A stretch of DNA of 64,000 bases from the human T2T-CHM13v2.0 reference genome, Homo sapiens: assembly GCF_009914755.1 (NCBI RefSeq), contig NC_060936.1; one strand, given 5' to 3'. The notes below the pieces were generated by a model. That model was not told the origin of the DNA, did no database searches, and worked only from the letters and a program-made list of their open reading frames with translations. Below, one piece after another: positions 60,343 to 64,000 of the stretch (position 1 is its first letter; every line of letters starts with the position of its first letter). The translations under genes and the position numbers were made by a program.

Positions 60343-60543
60343 GTGAGTGTGGGAACTAGTCTTTAACAAGCATGAAGGTTGAGGCATACCGTTCAGCAGC
60401 TGAACTTAGGTTGGCATTGGCTGAACATAGGTGGCCAAGCTTTGGGAGTGTATGTGGTAGGAAACCCACGGTTTTGGAACTGTGTACCATAATCTTCCTC
60501 AATTCCTGAAAGATTTCAGATTTTTTAAAAATCTGGGCTAATA

Positions 60544-62530
<1,987 letters not shown>

Positions 62531-62726
62531 TCTCTTTTCTCTATGCTGCATGACTTCGATGAGTCTAAAGGATCTCAGACACCAGAGTTTTACTTCCTTA
62601 GTTGGGGGTAAAGTGTGGGAGAAGCTGGCTCGTGGGGGTGGGGGTGGGGTTTATATTCTGCATCTTTGTGGGCTTGTGGATAAAAAAGTCTGAAGTACAG
62701 ATCCTAATCTGGTTCTTGCCTTTCAG

Positions 62727-62802
62727 GCACTGCATTGATCTCTTCTTAGATTTCATTACTGTCTTCAGAAAACTCATGATGATCCTGGCCATGAATGAAA
62801 AG
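62727..62802 (+). CDS. TMBIM6: Bax inhibitor 1, exon 9
   Basis: [25 protein letters not shown]; ttcag / gttagt. Confidence 0.97.
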
Positions 62803-63895
62803 GTTAGTTAGCCTACAACCCAAAGATGAGACAATAATGGCTCCTGAGCTTGGCATGTGTGTATACTTCAGATTTGAAAACTTGCTCACACACTGTGTTA
62901 GGTCCAGGGTAACTGTAAGGCAGGCCACTGAGTAAGAGGTAAGCCAGAAGTCTTCAGTTGTTAGAAAAAAAGCAGCAAGTGAAAAAAAAATTTTTTTAAC
63001 TAATTCCTGCGTTTAGTATGAAAGGGAAAAAAGCTTCAGTGGCAGTAAACACAACCTGCTACATGAATAATTTAAAGGCTATATAGTTGTGACTCAGAGA
63101 AAGGTATTGTGGAGGACGTTGTAAATTTCAGAAGTAGACTAATTTTATCCATTTGTTAATTTTTTTTTCCAAGGAAGCATTCTATATAGGGCTAATGAGT
63201 ATCTAACGTAGTTGAGTCAAGCAGTGGGGGAAACAAATGAAATGAGCTTTTCTTTATAGACCTTATGGAGCTTAGAGATAGCATAGTGGTAGCGGGAGTA
63301 GTTGACCAGATAGGATTGCTGGCTCTGTCTGGGCTATGCCATGGTTGGACTGAGCACTAGGCAGATGTACAAGTTTCAGAACAAGCAACTGAATTTTCAT
63401 TCCTTAATACATTGGGCTTCCATCCAAGATTGAATGAAGAATTCTGCTGGACCAAATTATTTCTGAATGTCAGTTTATGCCAGAGTCATGCTCACTTTGC
63501 AGGGTGGAGCACTTCTCGCGCCTAATGGTTGGTTGGTGGTCTTGGCCTCTAGTTTCACTCTTTGAGGATAGAGTGCCATCTGCAGCCTTCACTGTTGGGA
63601 TCTGAGCTGTAGTGGCTGTGAATAGCCTAGAGTGGTCAGGCAGCCCACCTCGGCACTCCTGGGGTGGGGGTGGGGACAGCTGCTTAACCTTTATTCTTGG
63701 TCGGTCTGTCGGCAACTTTGGGAACCACCAGTAGGATGTGGTTAAGATTCAGTTCTTGCTGAGCTAAGGAAGCATTTCTCATTTCTTTTTAATTGTCTGG
63801 CTCACTTCTAGTCCCTAACTAAATGCTCACTCAAGAGTTTTAGCTTGAATGTCAAATGTCAAAAAATTAATTGGGTGATTTTTCTCCATTTCTAG

Positions 63896-63919
63896 GATAA
63901 GAAGAAAGAGAAGAAATGA
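63896..63919 (+). CDS. TMBIM6: Bax inhibitor 1, last coding exon; the 3' UTR continues past the window end
   Basis: DKKKEKK-TGA. Exon lengths sum to 237 codons plus stop. Confidence 0.97.
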   Translation, partial: DKKKEKK

Positions 63920-64000
63920 AGTGACCATCCAGCCTTTCCCAATTAGACTTCCTCTCCTTCCACCCCTCATTTCCTTTTTGCACACATTACAGGTGGTGTG

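Noticed and set aside
63917-63946. Stop-codon readthrough of TMBIM6 (would add xSDHPAFPN)
   Set aside because: Context is TGA-AGT, not the TGA-CTA(G) readthrough motif; no targeting signal in the extension.

Overview
Human (primate) genomic DNA, Alu-dense, with two genes arranged head-to-head. On the minus strand are the first coding exon, CpG-island promoter and part of intron 1 of the formin FMNL3 (ATG 8195). On the plus strand is the complete coding region of TMBIM6/Bax inhibitor-1: 9 coding exons, 53515-63919, 237 aa. TMBIM6 has alternative first exons near 42.6-43.6 kb, one of which gives a 58-aa N-terminal extension. The roughly 34 kb between the promoters is almost entirely nested retro- and DNA-transposon debris. 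It includes a COX5B processed pseudogene, a young AluYa5-type insertion, and a 6.6-kb LTR2-flanked HERV-E/Harlequin mosaic provirus that ends about 1 kb upstream of TMBIM6 in the same orientation. Most ORFs in the supplied track are Alu, L1 or low-complexity artefacts. I see no evidence of a new multi-gene system. The most interesting unexplained structures are: (i) an inverted, locally templated copy of the COX5B-pseudogene 5' junction next to a fold-back scar; (ii) an Alu-L1 fusion inside a single TSD; (iii) candidate distant or ERV-derived first exons that could splice into TMBIM6 exon 2; and (iv) an open, frame-preserving candidate cassette exon in TMBIM6 intron 1. Repeat subfamily names are from memory of consensus sequences and need RepeatMasker/Dfam confirmation.
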